Source: Nitrospirota bacterium (lineage in GTDB: Bacteria; Nitrospirota; Thermodesulfovibrionia; Thermodesulfovibrionales; Dissulfurispiraceae). Taken from it: 64,000 nt of DNA. Shown here piece after piece: positions 50,482-59,936 of this stretch. Each line of letters begins with the position of its first letter. Position 1 is the first letter of the stretch. A program made the position numbers and the translations under genes. The stretch lies in assembly GCA_963710375.1 (NCBI GenBank), contig CAVPZX010000005.1:288001-352000 (forward strand). Direction: 5' to 3'. The notes below the pieces were generated by a model that worked only from the letters and a program-made list of their open reading frames with translations, made no database searches and was not told the DNA's origin.

Positions 50482-50558
50482 AGAAGTTGAGAAGTTGAGA
50501 AGTTGAGAAGTTGTGCTATTTTTTTCGCACCTTCTCAATTTCGCAGCTTCTCACCTTC
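50482..50558. repeat. Microsatellite hairpin, GAAGTTGA family
   Basis: (AGAAGTTG)4, then CACCTTCTCAATTTCGCAGCTTCTCACCTTC. Confidence 0.85.
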
Positions 50559-50578
50559 GTGCTCTCAGGGGGTAGTTC

Positions 50579-51547
50579 ATGAAGAGGCTTTTGGTTACTG
50601 GAGGAGCGGGGTTTATCGGGAGTGAATTTGTAAGGCAGGCAGTAGGGAGGGGATATGCTGTCAGTGTTGTTGATGCCCTCAGCTATGCCGGTGATATGTC
50701 ACGAATAGAAAAAGTTGAAAAGAAGCTCACTTTTTACAAGGCAGACATAGGGAATCTGGACTTTATGCGGTATATTTTTGAGACCGAAAGACCTGATGCC
50801 GTTATCCACTGGGCAGCGGAAAGTCATGTGGACAGGAGCATCCAGGATGCAACGCCATTCCTGGGAACGAATATAAAGGGTACCCATAGTTTGCTCGAGG
50901 CGTCACGGTATTGCAATGTTAAACGTTTCATAAATATATCGACGGATGAGGTGTACGGAGAGCTTGCAGCAGAGGGCCATTTTTATGAAACATCTCCGCT
51001 GAACCCAAACTCGCCTTATTCCGTGAGCAAGGCTTCCGCCGATATGCTGGGAAGGGCATATTTCAGAACATATGGCTTACCGGTAATAACGGTCAGGCCT
51101 TCAAATAATTACGGCCCGTGGCAATATCCTGAAAAACTTATTCCTGTGGTCATACTGAAAGCGATGCGCAATGAGAAAATCCCTGTTTATGGTAAGGGAG
51201 AGAATATAAGGGAATGGCTGTTTGTTTCTGACTGCGCCGGTGCAGTCTTTTCTGTTTTGGAGCATGGTAAGCCAGGTGATATTTATAATGTTGGAAGCGG
51301 TGAGGAAAAGAGGAATATAGATGTAGTCAGGGAAATCCTGCATTTGATGGGGAGACCGGAAAAGATGATTGAATTTGTAGAAGACAGGCCGGGCCATGAC
51401 TACCGCTATTCTCTGGATTCGACAAAGATCTGGAAGCAGCCTGGATTGAAGAAGCTGGTCTCTTTTGAAAAGGGACTCAAGGCAACAGTGAAGTGGTATA
51501 AAGACAACATTTCCTGGGTGGAACAAAAATCAGGCAATAGGCAATAG
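50579..51547 (+). CDS. rmlB: dTDP-glucose 4,6-dehydratase
   Basis: GGAGFIGS, AAESHVDRSI, STDEVYG, PYSVSKA, NNYGP.Q.PEKLIP, DRPGHD.RY. Confidence 0.96.
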   Translation: MKRLLVTGGAGFIGSEFVRQAVGRGYAVSVVDALSYAGDMSRIEKVEKKLTFYKADIGNLDFMRYIFETERPDAVIHWAAESHVDRSIQDATPFLGTNIKGTHSLLEASRYCNVKRFINISTDEVYGELAAEGHFYETSPLNPNSPYSVSKASADMLGRAYFRTYGLPVITVRPSNNYGPWQYPEKLIPVVILKAMRNEKIPVYGKGENIREWLFVSDCAGAVFSVLEHGKPGDIYNVGSGEEKRNIDVVREILHLMGRPEKMIEFVEDRPGHDYRYSLDSTKIWKQPGLKKLVSFEKGLKATVKWYKDNISWVEQKSGNRQ

Positions 51548-51608
51548 GCTCTAGGCTATGGGTAAAAGAAAGAGAATTTTTTGTTTTTTCCTATTTCCTA
51601 TTGCCTAT
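51532..51608. repeat. Microsatellite hairpin, AGGCAAT family
   Basis: AGGCAAT AGGCAAT AGGCTCT AGGCTAT GGG, then CCTATTTCCTATTGCCTAT. Confidence 0.82.
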
Positions 51609-51618
51609 CTTGTGACAT

Positions 51619-53073
51619 ATGCGGTTAGGCAATAGAAATAAGAAATTAGCATGCGTTGTTGCACTTATCACCATTGATATTCTGGCATTCTATGGGGCGC
51701 TTTCTTCAGCTTTTTTTACCAGGAAACTGCTTAATATATTTTTTGCCGGATTAATAACTTTTAAGTTCTCATTGGGTTACTATTTCCGGTTCTGGTGGAT
51801 GCCGCTGATATTTATTGTTGCTATTGCATATGAAAAACTGTATATAAAAAGGCTCTCCCTCTGGGATGAAACGAGAGCAATGATAAAGGCAGTTACCGCC
51901 TCGGTAATTGTAATTTTTGCGATTGTATCTCTGGGAAAGTTGAGCGATCTCATTTCCCGTCTCGTCATAGTTTTTTTATTGCTTTATGGCCTGGTCATGT
52001 TCCCTACTTTCAGATTATTGGGTAAGAAAATCCTGTCAGCGATCGGTCTCTGGCGGGAATACGTCATAATCATAGGTGCGGGCAAAGCAGGTATCGAAAC
52101 TGCACAGGGAATAGTGCGGGAAGCCCATCTAGGCTATAAGATTATCGGATTCCTGGATGATGCTGATGAAAAAAAGGACATGGAGATACGCATTGATAAT
52201 ACGACATATAAAGTTTTTGGGAAGGCCAGGCATTTCAGGAAATTTGTGAATTTATTGCATATATCGACCGTTATTATTGCAATCCCTTCGCTTTCTCTTC
52301 AGAAGATGTCTGAGCTTACCAGTGCTGTCCAGAGATACACAAAAAGCGTTCTTCTTGTCCCCAACCTTAAAGGCATAGCTCTGCTTAATACCGAGTTATA
52401 TCATCTTTTCATGCAACAGCTCTTTCTGTTGAAGACAAACAACAACTTAAAATCATTATTTAACAGGTTTGTAAAGAGGAGTTTTGATCTTGCAGTGGCA
52501 GTGCTTTTTTCCCCAATCCTTTTTCTGCTGGTGGGGGTTATCGGAATCCTGGTTAAAATTGACTCTCGAGGCCCTGTATTCTATTCGCATCTCCGTCTCG
52601 GTCAGAAGGGTAAGCTCATAAGGGTTTATAAAATAAGGACTATGTACCTGGACGCCACGGAAAAGCTGAAGGAATTTCTGGAAAAGGACCAATCAGCAAA
52701 AGAAGAGTGGGGGACTTTTTTTAAATTGAAGAATGATCCGAGGGTGACCAGGATTGGAAAATGGTTGAGGGAGACCTCTCTCGACGAACTGCCCCAGTTC
52801 ATGAATATAATTAAGGGTGACATGAGCCTGGTAGGCCCGCGGCCTGTACTACAGGAAGAAATAGATTATTACTATAAGGAGTATGCCGACTATTATTTTA
52901 TGGTCAAGCCCGGGATGACCGGTCTATGGCAGACAAGCGGAAGGAATATCATAAACTATGATTATAGAGTCAAGCTCGATACGTGGTATGTATTGAACTG
53001 GTCATTATGGTTTGATATCGTCATATTAGTTAAAACAATCAGGGTTGTACTCAACAAAGAAGGTGCTTATTAA
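51619..53073 (+). CDS. wbaP: WbaP-type undecaprenyl-phosphate sugar phosphotransferase, copy 2
   Basis: N-terminal TMs, KRSFD, KIRTM, DPRVTRIG, SLDELPQ, PGMTGLWQ, EGAY. Confidence 0.92.
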   Translation: MRLGNRNKKLACVVALITIDILAFYGALSSAFFTRKLLNIFFAGLITFKFSLGYYFRFWWMPLIFIVAIAYEKLYIKRLSLWDETRAMIKAVTASVIVIFAIVSLGKLSDLISRLVIVFLLLYGLVMFPTFRLLGKKILSAIGLWREYVIIIGAGKAGIETAQGIVREAHLGYKIIGFLDDADEKKDMEIRIDNTTYKVFGKARHFRKFVNLLHISTVIIAIPSLSLQKMSELTSAVQRYTKSVLLVPNLKGIALLNTELYHLFMQQLFLLKTNNNLKSLFNRFVKRSFDLAVAVLFSPILFLLVGVIGILVKIDSRGPVFYSHLRLGQKGKLIRVYKIRTMYLDATEKLKEFLEKDQSAKEEWGTFFKLKNDPRVTRIGKWLRETSLDELPQFMNIIKGDMSLVGPRPVLQEEIDYYYKEYADYYFMVKPGMTGLWQTSGRNIINYDYRVKLDTWYVLNWSLWFDIVILVKTIRVVLNKEGAY

Positions 53074-53077
53074 TATC

Positions 53078-53259
53078 TCCAATTCAAACAGCAGATGACT
53101 CTCTTTCGCTACGCTCCGTTTTGACAGTTCTATGACTCGTCTCGCTACAGTCGCAAAATTCCCTTCGGTCAGTTTCGCTCCTGTTTTACGCTCACTCGCC
53201 AAGAACTGTTTCCAAAACTCCGCTAATGCTTTAGAGATTCATCTACTGTCTGAATTGCA
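53078..53259 (-). mobile_element. 182-bp MITE-like element, family A copy 2 (inverted)
   Basis: Reverse complement of 26365-26546, with about 5 mismatches. Confidence 0.88.
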
Positions 53260-53280
53260 GATATTTTCTGTGCAGCATAA

Positions 53281-53310
53281 TTGACAGAAATGTTAAAATT
53301 ATGATAGATT
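53281..53310 (+). promoter_or_regulatory. Putative sigma70 promoter of the tRNA operon
   Basis: TTGACA at 53281; TG-A-TAGATT, with the -10 at 53305. Confidence 0.55.
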
Positions 53311-53339
53311 TTTGGATACATTTTTTCTATCAATGAATT

Positions 53340-53415
53340 GCGGGTGTAGCTCAGCTGGTAGAGCACAACCTTGCCAAGGTTGGGGTCGCGGGTCCGAATC
53401 CCGTCGCCCGCTCCA
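53340..53415 (+). tRNA. tRNA-Gly(GCC)
   Basis: Cloverleaf with acceptor GCGGGTG/CGCCCGC, anticodon arm CAACC-TTGCCAA-GGTTG, encoded CCA. Confidence 0.95.
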
Positions 53416-53421
53416 AAAAAA

Positions 53422-53499
53422 ACAGGTTAAGGCTGAGGTTAAGGTTAAGCCAAAGCCAAAGAAAATATTCCTTTAAGACGTTTCTTAACCTTAACCTGT
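53422..53499. repeat. GGTTAA-family microsatellite hairpin between the two tRNAs
   Basis: ACAGGTTAAGGCTGAGGTTAAGGTTAAG, then CTTAACCTTAACCTGT. Confidence 0.88.
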
Positions 53500-53508
53500 C
53501 TTTATTAC

Positions 53509-53580
53509 GGCGACGTACCCAAGTGGCAAGGGAGAGGTCTGCAAAACCTTTATCCAGCGGTTCGAATCCGCTCGTCGCCT
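53509..53580 (+). tRNA. tRNA-Cys(GCA), CCA not encoded
   Basis: Acceptor GGCGACG/CGTCGCC, anticodon arm GAGGT-CTGCAAA-ACCTT, GGTTCGAATCC. Confidence 0.95.
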
Positions 53581-53590
53581 TAATTTATCC

Positions 53591-53775
53591 TTACAATTCA
53601 GACAGTACAGGGTTGTTTTTCTGCAGTCGAGCGCCTGGGTTATCTGCAGTGGGCGAGTAACGCCGAGCCCACATATTCAACTGGAACAAGATTGATGTTC
53701 TGTATATACAGCAGGGCTGGCACAGTGGGCTAATCGCTCGCAAAGAAAAATTACCCTGTACTGTCTGAATTGTAA
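53591..53775. mobile_element. 185-bp MITE-like element with family A ends and a different interior
   Basis: 23-bp terminal inverted repeat TTACAATTCAGACAGTACAGGGT; shares the core CAATTCAGACAGTA. Confidence 0.82.
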
Positions 53776-53965
53776 TTAACCATTTGGTCTTGACTTTTCT
53801 ATTTAATATATGCGATTATTTATTTGAGATAACAGAAGGTTTTGCAAGCTTTCTGCCACAAAGACTTTTTGTTTTGTGGCATTTTTCGTTTCACCGATAG
53901 TTTATAACCGGTGTTATTTTGTGGTTGAGTTTTGACCACACGTATATGTAAGGAGGAAAAATTGT

Positions 53966-54166
53966 ATGGCTCAGGGCACAGTAAAATGGTTCAATGAATC
54001 CAAAGGGTTCGGTTTTGTCACCAGCGAGGACGGCAGTGATGTTTTTGTTCATTATTCATCTATTCAGGGCGATGGCTTTAAAACTCTTGCCGAGGGTGAC
54101 AGAGTGAGTTTTGATATCGAGAAAGGCCCCAAAGGTCCAAAAGCGATCAATGTAGTTAAGATATAA
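53966..54166 (+). CDS. cspA: Cold-shock protein
   Basis: [33 protein letters not shown]. Confidence 0.96.
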   Translation: MAQGTVKWFNESKGFGFVTSEDGSDVFVHYSSIQGDGFKTLAEGDRVSFDIEKGPKGPKAINVVKI

Positions 54167-54220
54167 ACGGCAACAGAACGCGATTTCTTGTCGTTTCAAC
54201 AGGGGGCTCATTCATAAGAG

Positions 54221-54610
54221 ATGATGGCGAATAAACAGCATCATTCAGTTAAGGCTGAATTGATCAAGCAAAATAAGTTGGCTGCAGGCCTGGTAGCGGA
54301 ACGCTTTCCTAAAGTCAATAGTATTGTTATAAATATGACCTATTACCAGAAGGGTGTTAATCCAGTCCTGATGGTACGTACGATAAATGTTCTGCCCACG
54401 ACTTATGCATATTTTCATATGGAGTGTATGATAAGGGATTGTGTCGGCGGCGGGTTTGATTTGACGCCGATTATAAGGAGGATGGTAAAGACCCTGAAAA
54501 GGACCGTGAAGGGAAAACTGGCCTGCAAAGGAAGGAGTGACGGTCTTGAAGCTGACCATGCGAGTATAGAATACGAAATTAATATACGATACAATAATAA
54601 AAGGGTCTGA
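54221..54610 (+). CDS. Hypothetical protein with three Cys and one His
   Basis: 129-aa ORF co-oriented with csp; C....C.GGGFDL...C.....H pattern. Confidence 0.65.
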   Translation: MMANKQHHSVKAELIKQNKLAAGLVAERFPKVNSIVINMTYYQKGVNPVLMVRTINVLPTTYAYFHMECMIRDCVGGGFDLTPIIRRMVKTLKRTVKGKLACKGRSDGLEADHASIEYEINIRYNNKRV

Positions 54611-54619
54611 GTCTGATTT

Positions 54620-55336
54620 CTAATACTTTATTATTTCAAGGTAATCCCTCGTGTCTGTCTCGTCCTCTCCTTTTGACGTCAGCAGATTTTGTTTCATCTC
54701 CGTTATGAATTTTGCTTTATCGCTGTTAAAAGACGGGTCTATTTCGATTGCCCGCTCAATCATAGCGGCCGCGTCCCCATATCTGCCGGTCTTATTGTAC
54801 GCAAGGGAGAGCCCGTAATAAGCCTGCGGAGTTGATGGTGAGCGCTTTATCGAGTCTTTAAAGGCGTCGATGGCATTATCGAACAGTCCCATCCTGTAAT
54901 AGGCCATGCCAAGGTAGTAAAATCCCTTCCCGGGACTTTTATACAGAACATTTGACAGGGCCTTTTTGAGCGGCTCTATCGCCTCATTCCACTGGCGCAT
55001 TTTGATATAGGTAATGCCGAGATAAGTGTAGGCATCTGCAAATTGAGGATCGATCGAAACCGCCCTGAGAAAGAGTCCTTTTGCCTTTTCATACTCCTCG
55101 AACTGCAAATATACATATCCCAGGTTTACAAGGGCATCCTTGTTGTTGGGATTAAGCTGCAAAGTTTTCTGAAATTCGACAAAGGCTGGTTGAATATTCC
55201 CCTCGCTCAGATAGGCAATGCCCATTTTATAGTGTGAATCAGCTTCCTTCTCCTCGTTCTGAACGGGCACAGTTTTGCAACTGATCAGGGCAAGGAACAG
55301 CATGAAAAATACGCCTTTTAGTATAATACTTCGCAC
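54620..55336 (-). CDS. TPR lipoprotein (PilF/PilW-like)
   Basis: Lipobox-like LISC followed by several TPR repeats. Confidence 0.8.
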   Translation of the reverse strand: MRSIILKGVFFMLFLALISCKTVPVQNEEKEADSHYKMGIAYLSEGNIQPAFVEFQKTLQLNPNNKDALVNLGYVYLQFEEYEKAKGLFLRAVSIDPQFADAYTYLGITYIKMRQWNEAIEPLKKALSNVLYKSPGKGFYYLGMAYYRMGLFDNAIDAFKDSIKRSPSTPQAYYGLSLAYNKTGRYGDAAAMIERAIEIDPSFNSDKAKFITEMKQNLLTSKGEDETDTRDYLEIIKY

Positions 55337-55384
55337 CCGTTCAGTTTAAATCATTCAGCGGATTATAGGCAACAAGTGGCAAGC

Positions 55385-58300
55385 CTAGGCAGGTAAGGGT
55401 ACAGTCATCATTTCTGCTATTCTTTGCAGCGTCTCTTCAACTTTTTCAATAGCTTCATGCTGAGTCATATTGCGTGCGTCCAGTTCAAATCCGTCCGGCA
55501 GAAACCTGATAGTCGTGCCGGAAGAAAGTGAAAAAAGGGCTTTCATGAGCCTGTCAAAGAAATCTTCCGGAATCTTATAGGTATTGTCACTATCGAGCAG
55601 AAAGAAAAAACGATACCTTCCATCAATCTCAGTGACCTTTATTATATAGAGCTGTTTCGAAAGCAGCTTTATTTTTATCACGTGAAGCAGGTTTATTGCC
55701 TCTTCCGGCAGTGCCCCGAACCGGTCTGAGAGTTCATCCCTGAGGTCCCAAAGAGCGTCCAGGGATTTCAGCGACGATATGCGCCTATAAATGCTGAGCC
55801 TGAGAGTAATATCGGATATGTAATTATCGGGAATAAACGCCGTGAGCCGCAGCTGTATGGCAGGTTCAATCTCTTCCACTACCTCATGCCCTTTCAACTC
55901 AGCAACGGTTTTCTCGAGCATTTCCATATACATATCAAACCCTACTCCATTAATACAGCCTGATTGCTCCGCGCCAAGGAGATTGCCTGCGCCACGTATG
56001 TCAAGGTCTTTCAGGGCAAGCCTGAATCCTGCCCCAAGATAGCTCATTTCCTGTATTGCCTGTAATCGTTTTTTCGCCTCATCAGTGAGCCTGTCTTCGC
56101 CCGGGATAAGGAAATACGCATAGGCCTGGACGTTGCCTCTCCCCACCCTTCCTCTGAGCTGATAGAGATCTGCGAGTCCGAAAGTATCTGCCCTGTCTAC
56201 CATAATGGTATTGGCGGTTGGGATGTCTAGGCCTGATCCGATAATTGCAGTACACACAAGCATATTGATATCCCCGTTCAGGAAGCGGAGCATTACTTTT
56301 TCGAGCCCGGCCTCCGGCATCTGTCCATGCCCTATGGCGAGTCGGGCATCGGGCACCAGTTTTCGTATATGATCAGCTGTTTTTTCTATGTCCCCTATCC
56401 TGTTATGGACGAAGAATATCTGACCGCCCCTTCTCAGTTCTCTCTCTACAGCCTCCTTTATCGTTTTGCCGGCAAAGGGGGTTACGATACTTCTGACTGC
56501 AAGCCGTTCCTCAGGAGCGGTTTCAATAGTAGCTATCTCCCGTATGCCCGATAGCGACATATGCAGTGTCCGGGGAATAGGCGTTGCCGTAAGGGTAAGA
56601 ATATCGACACCCTTTTTAAGATCTTTAAGCCGCTCCTTCTGGGCCACACCAAAACGGTGCTCTTCGTCGATGACCAGCAGCCCGAGGTCGTGAAAACCGA
56701 TGTTCTTGTTCAGAAGCATATGCGTGCCGATAATTATATCCGTTTCACCCACAGCCAGTGCTTTGACCGACTGCTTGACCTGTTCTTTGTTTTTAAACCT
56801 GCTGAGGTAATCGATTCTTACCGGAAATCCTGAAAAGCGCATTTTAAATGTCCTGAAATGCTGTTCGGCAAGCAGTGTCGTCGGCACGAGGACAGCCACC
56901 TGTTTACCGTCAAATACAGCCCTGAAAGCAGCCTTTATCGCGACCTCTGTCTTGCCGTAACCTACATCGCCGCAAAGCAGCATATCCATGGGTGTTTCCG
57001 AATGCATATGTTTTTGTATCTCCTCAAAGGTCTTTATCTGGTCCGGAGTCTCGTCATAAGGGAAAAAGTCATCGAATTCCCTGTGCATTGGGGTGTCCTC
57101 ACTGAAGACAAATCCACGGGAAACACTTCTTTCGGCATACAGCTTGATGAGCTTGTCAGCCATTTCCCTGATTTTTTCTTTGACCCGCTGTTTTGTCTTT
57201 TGCCATTTTTTGCTCCCCAACTGGTCAATAGGCGAAGTGTGCCCTTCACCGGCGCTATATTTCTGCAGTTTATCTATGCTGTAAAAAGGGATATACAGCC
57301 TGTCTCCGTGGGCATACTCCAGGGTTATTAAATCCTCTTCGCAACTGTCGGTCCTTTGGCGCTGAAGTCCTGTGAATCTTCCTATTCCGTGATCCTTATG
57401 CACCACGAGATCACCGGTCTTCAGATCATCAATAGTAAACAGGAGCCTGGAAGCCTTTGATCGCTTCAGTGGCCTGTAAGCAGGCCTTTCGCCAAAAAGT
57501 TCCCTATCGGTCAGGACCAGTACATTGTTGACCAGCATGCCGGATGACAGTGTGCCAGTCACTATGCAGATAGTGCCAGCAAATGATTCCAGGTCTTTGC
57601 ATTTTATCACCGGAGCTATTACTCCCCCATCGAACAGGATATCCTTCAGACGCTCTGCCTGGGCTTCTGAAGGAAGGACTATCAGGGTATCATAGCCGGC
57701 TTTTTTAAGCGCATAAGGGATATCACCGAGTTCCTTGCGTTCTTCAGGCACAATGCCCATGCCTTTGATAGAATGTTCCATAGCATCAATCCCCTCACCG
57801 GTAAAAGGCAGGTGAGATACCGAATAAAAAGGAGTCTTTCTCTCCTGGAATTCCGGTAACGAAACAGCTGCGTCTTCAACGACGAACACCGCCGGATTTA
57901 TACTGTGTGCCAGCTCGTCAATTATGGCGCCGCTCAGAAGGTCCTCTCTCGCAGGGAAAATCGTCAGTTCGTCAACCTCTCTTATTGAGCGCTGTGTTTC
58001 TATATCGAAACAGCGCATAACTTCTACCTCATCCCCGAAAAATTCCACTCGCAGAGGGAAATTTTCGGTGGTAGGGTAAATATCGAAAATCCATTCTCTC
58101 TGGCTGTATTCCCCTTTTTCCACCACGACACTTACTATCTTATATCCGAGTCCGGAGAGCATTTCATCCAATGTTGCCCGCTCAATGGAAAGCCCCCTTC
58201 TGATGGTGATGACAGCATCCTTTATAATGGGCAAAGAGAATCCTGTCCTGCAGGCCTCGGGTGAGGTGACGATCCCGATGTTACTTTGTGAGCTTGCCGC

Positions 58301-58591
58301 CAGTAGCACCGATGCCCTCTTTCCTATAAGTTCAGGACTTGAGGAAGGTGGGAAGTAGCTGATTGTCCTTCCATTTACAGGTAGAATCTTTCTGAAAAAC
58401 AGCAGGTCATTGTAAAGCGCTTCAGCAGATTCGACCGAATCCTCGATTACAATAAAGGGATTGGTCTCTAATAAAAGCAATAATGCAAAATGAGGTATGG
58501 AGAGGTTATAAATCCTCGCGCCTGGTCCGGTTTTTACCTGCTCAATTAGTTTCGTGATATGATTTGTTAAATGCTGGTACAGGATTGGCAT
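55385..58591 (-). CDS. mfd: Transcription-repair coupling factor
   Basis: VVHKDHGIGRF, GDVGYGKTEVA, DEEHRFGV, TATPIPRTL, QLRGRVGR, TRCF domain. Confidence 0.97.
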   Translation of the reverse strand: MPILYQHLTNHITKLIEQVKTGPGARIYNLSIPHFALLLLLETNPFIVIEDSVESAEALYNDLLFFRKILPVNGRTISYFPPSSSPELIGKRASVLLAASSQSNIGIVTSPEACRTGFSLPIIKDAVITIRRGLSIERATLDEMLSGLGYKIVSVVVEKGEYSQREWIFDIYPTTENFPLRVEFFGDEVEVMRCFDIETQRSIREVDELTIFPAREDLLSGAIIDELAHSINPAVFVVEDAAVSLPEFQERKTPFYSVSHLPFTGEGIDAMEHSIKGMGIVPEERKELGDIPYALKKAGYDTLIVLPSEAQAERLKDILFDGGVIAPVIKCKDLESFAGTICIVTGTLSSGMLVNNVLVLTDRELFGERPAYRPLKRSKASRLLFTIDDLKTGDLVVHKDHGIGRFTGLQRQRTDSCEEDLITLEYAHGDRLYIPFYSIDKLQKYSAGEGHTSPIDQLGSKKWQKTKQRVKEKIREMADKLIKLYAERSVSRGFVFSEDTPMHREFDDFFPYDETPDQIKTFEEIQKHMHSETPMDMLLCGDVGYGKTEVAIKAAFRAVFDGKQVAVLVPTTLLAEQHFRTFKMRFSGFPVRIDYLSRFKNKEQVKQSVKALAVGETDIIIGTHMLLNKNIGFHDLGLLVIDEEHRFGVAQKERLKDLKKGVDILTLTATPIPRTLHMSLSGIREIATIETAPEERLAVRSIVTPFAGKTIKEAVERELRRGGQIFFVHNRIGDIEKTADHIRKLVPDARLAIGHGQMPEAGLEKVMLRFLNGDINMLVCTAIIGSGLDIPTANTIMVDRADTFGLADLYQLRGRVGRGNVQAYAYFLIPGEDRLTDEAKKRLQAIQEMSYLGAGFRLALKDLDIRGAGNLLGAEQSGCINGVGFDMYMEMLEKTVAELKGHEVVEEIEPAIQLRLTAFIPDNYISDITLRLSIYRRISSLKSLDALWDLRDELSDRFGALPEEAINLLHVIKIKLLSKQLYIIKVTEIDGRYRFFFLLDSDNTYKIPEDFFDRLMKALFSLSSGTTIRFLPDGFELDARNMTQHEAIEKVEETLQRIAEMMTVPLPA

Positions 58592-58700
58592 GTTCTGAAT
58601 GATTTAAATCATACCCCTTTTTAATCTATTAATTATACTATATCAGTAATGCCGGTCGTGTGACTTTAATTACGAAAAAGCGGCAGGGAGGAGCATCACA

Positions 58701-59936
58701 GTGAAATATGTCAGGCTCGGGATAGTGTTTGCTTTTATTTTTCTCATTGGCAGCGCGGCATCTGCCAGGACGCAAAGGACCGATTGTGTTGAGTGCCACC
58801 GGAAGGTAACCCCCGGTATTGTGCAACAGCACCTTCAGGGCAAGATGGCAAAGGCAGGAGTTGATTGCTCTGCTTGCCACGGCTCAGGGCACAAAAAAAT
58901 GGATGATGCAAAACTTGCCCAAATGCCAACCCCCGATACCTGCACAGGATGCCACAAGAAACAGGCTGACCAGTTTAAGGACAGCAAACATAATCTCGCC
59001 TGGGTTGCCTCGGTCGCTTTGCCAATGATAACGCACCAGCCTACTGCCCGCCCCGCCTTGGCGGGCGGGACAGACGGAGGATACAAGGGATGTTCAAACT
59101 GCCACGGGATTGGGGTAAAATCAGATGCCGAGCGGGCGCAATTCCGTTATGGGAATGCCCAGTGCGATTACTGCCATACCAGGCATTCATTTAATAAATC
59201 GGAAGCGCAGGACCCCAGGGCCTGCAAGACATGTCATATGGGATTTGACCACCCCCAGTGGGAAATGTGGTCTGGCACCAAACACGGTACGATCTGGCAG
59301 ATTGAAGGCAAGTGGAGCAAAAGGGCGCCTACCTGTCAAACCTGCCATATGCAGGACGGAACCCACAATGTTACGACCTCATGGGGCTTTCTGGCATTGC
59401 GGCTGCCTGAGGACGACAAAGAATGGATGAAAGACAGGATGACTATTCTTCAGTCTCTCGGAGTCCTGGATGATAAGGGCAATCCTGCTGCCAGGTTCGA
59501 CATAGTGAAAGCATGCAGAGTGATGCGGCTTACCAAAGAGGAGTTTAACGAACAAATAGTCAAAATGACCGCTGTCTGCGCAAAATGCCATGGCGCCACT
59601 TACGCTAAACGCCAGCTCGAAGCAGCGGACAAGGTAATAAAGGATGCCGACAGGATCATGTCAGAAGCTATCAGCGTGGTACAAGGTTTATACAAAGACG
59701 GCATACTGGAGAAGCCGGCAGGCTGGACCTTCACCCCTGATCTGCTTCAATCCTATGAAGCAAAGAACGCGGTGGAGCAGGACCTTTATGACATGTTCTT
59801 TGAATACAGGGTGAGGGCTTTCCAGGGTGCATTTCATATGAATCCCGACTATATGTACTGGTACGGTTGGGCGCCCATGAAAGAGACCTTGCAGAAGATT
59901 AAGGATGAAGCGGCAGAGTTGAGGGCGCGCGAATGA
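58701..59936 (+). CDS. Octaheme cytochrome c, HAO-family-like
   Basis: Signal peptide and eight CxxCH motifs (CVECH, CSACH, CTGCH, CSNCH, CDYCH, CKTCH, CQTCH, CAKCH); CHMGFDHPQWE, HMNPDY. Confidence 0.88.
   Translation: MKYVRLGIVFAFIFLIGSAASARTQRTDCVECHRKVTPGIVQQHLQGKMAKAGVDCSACHGSGHKKMDDAKLAQMPTPDTCTGCHKKQADQFKDSKHNLAWVASVALPMITHQPTARPALAGGTDGGYKGCSNCHGIGVKSDAERAQFRYGNAQCDYCHTRHSFNKSEAQDPRACKTCHMGFDHPQWEMWSGTKHGTIWQIEGKWSKRAPTCQTCHMQDGTHNVTTSWGFLALRLPEDDKEWMKDRMTILQSLGVLDDKGNPAARFDIVKACRVMRLTKEEFNEQIVKMTAVCAKCHGATYAKRQLEAADKVIKDADRIMSEAISVVQGLYKDGILEKPAGWTFTPDLLQSYEAKNAVEQDLYDMFFEYRVRAFQGAFHMNPDYMYWYGWAPMKETLQKIKDEAAELRARE

Noticed and set aside
53340..53775. tRNA-targeted integrative element or prophage att site
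   Set aside because: No integrase and no duplicated tRNA 3' end seen in the window.
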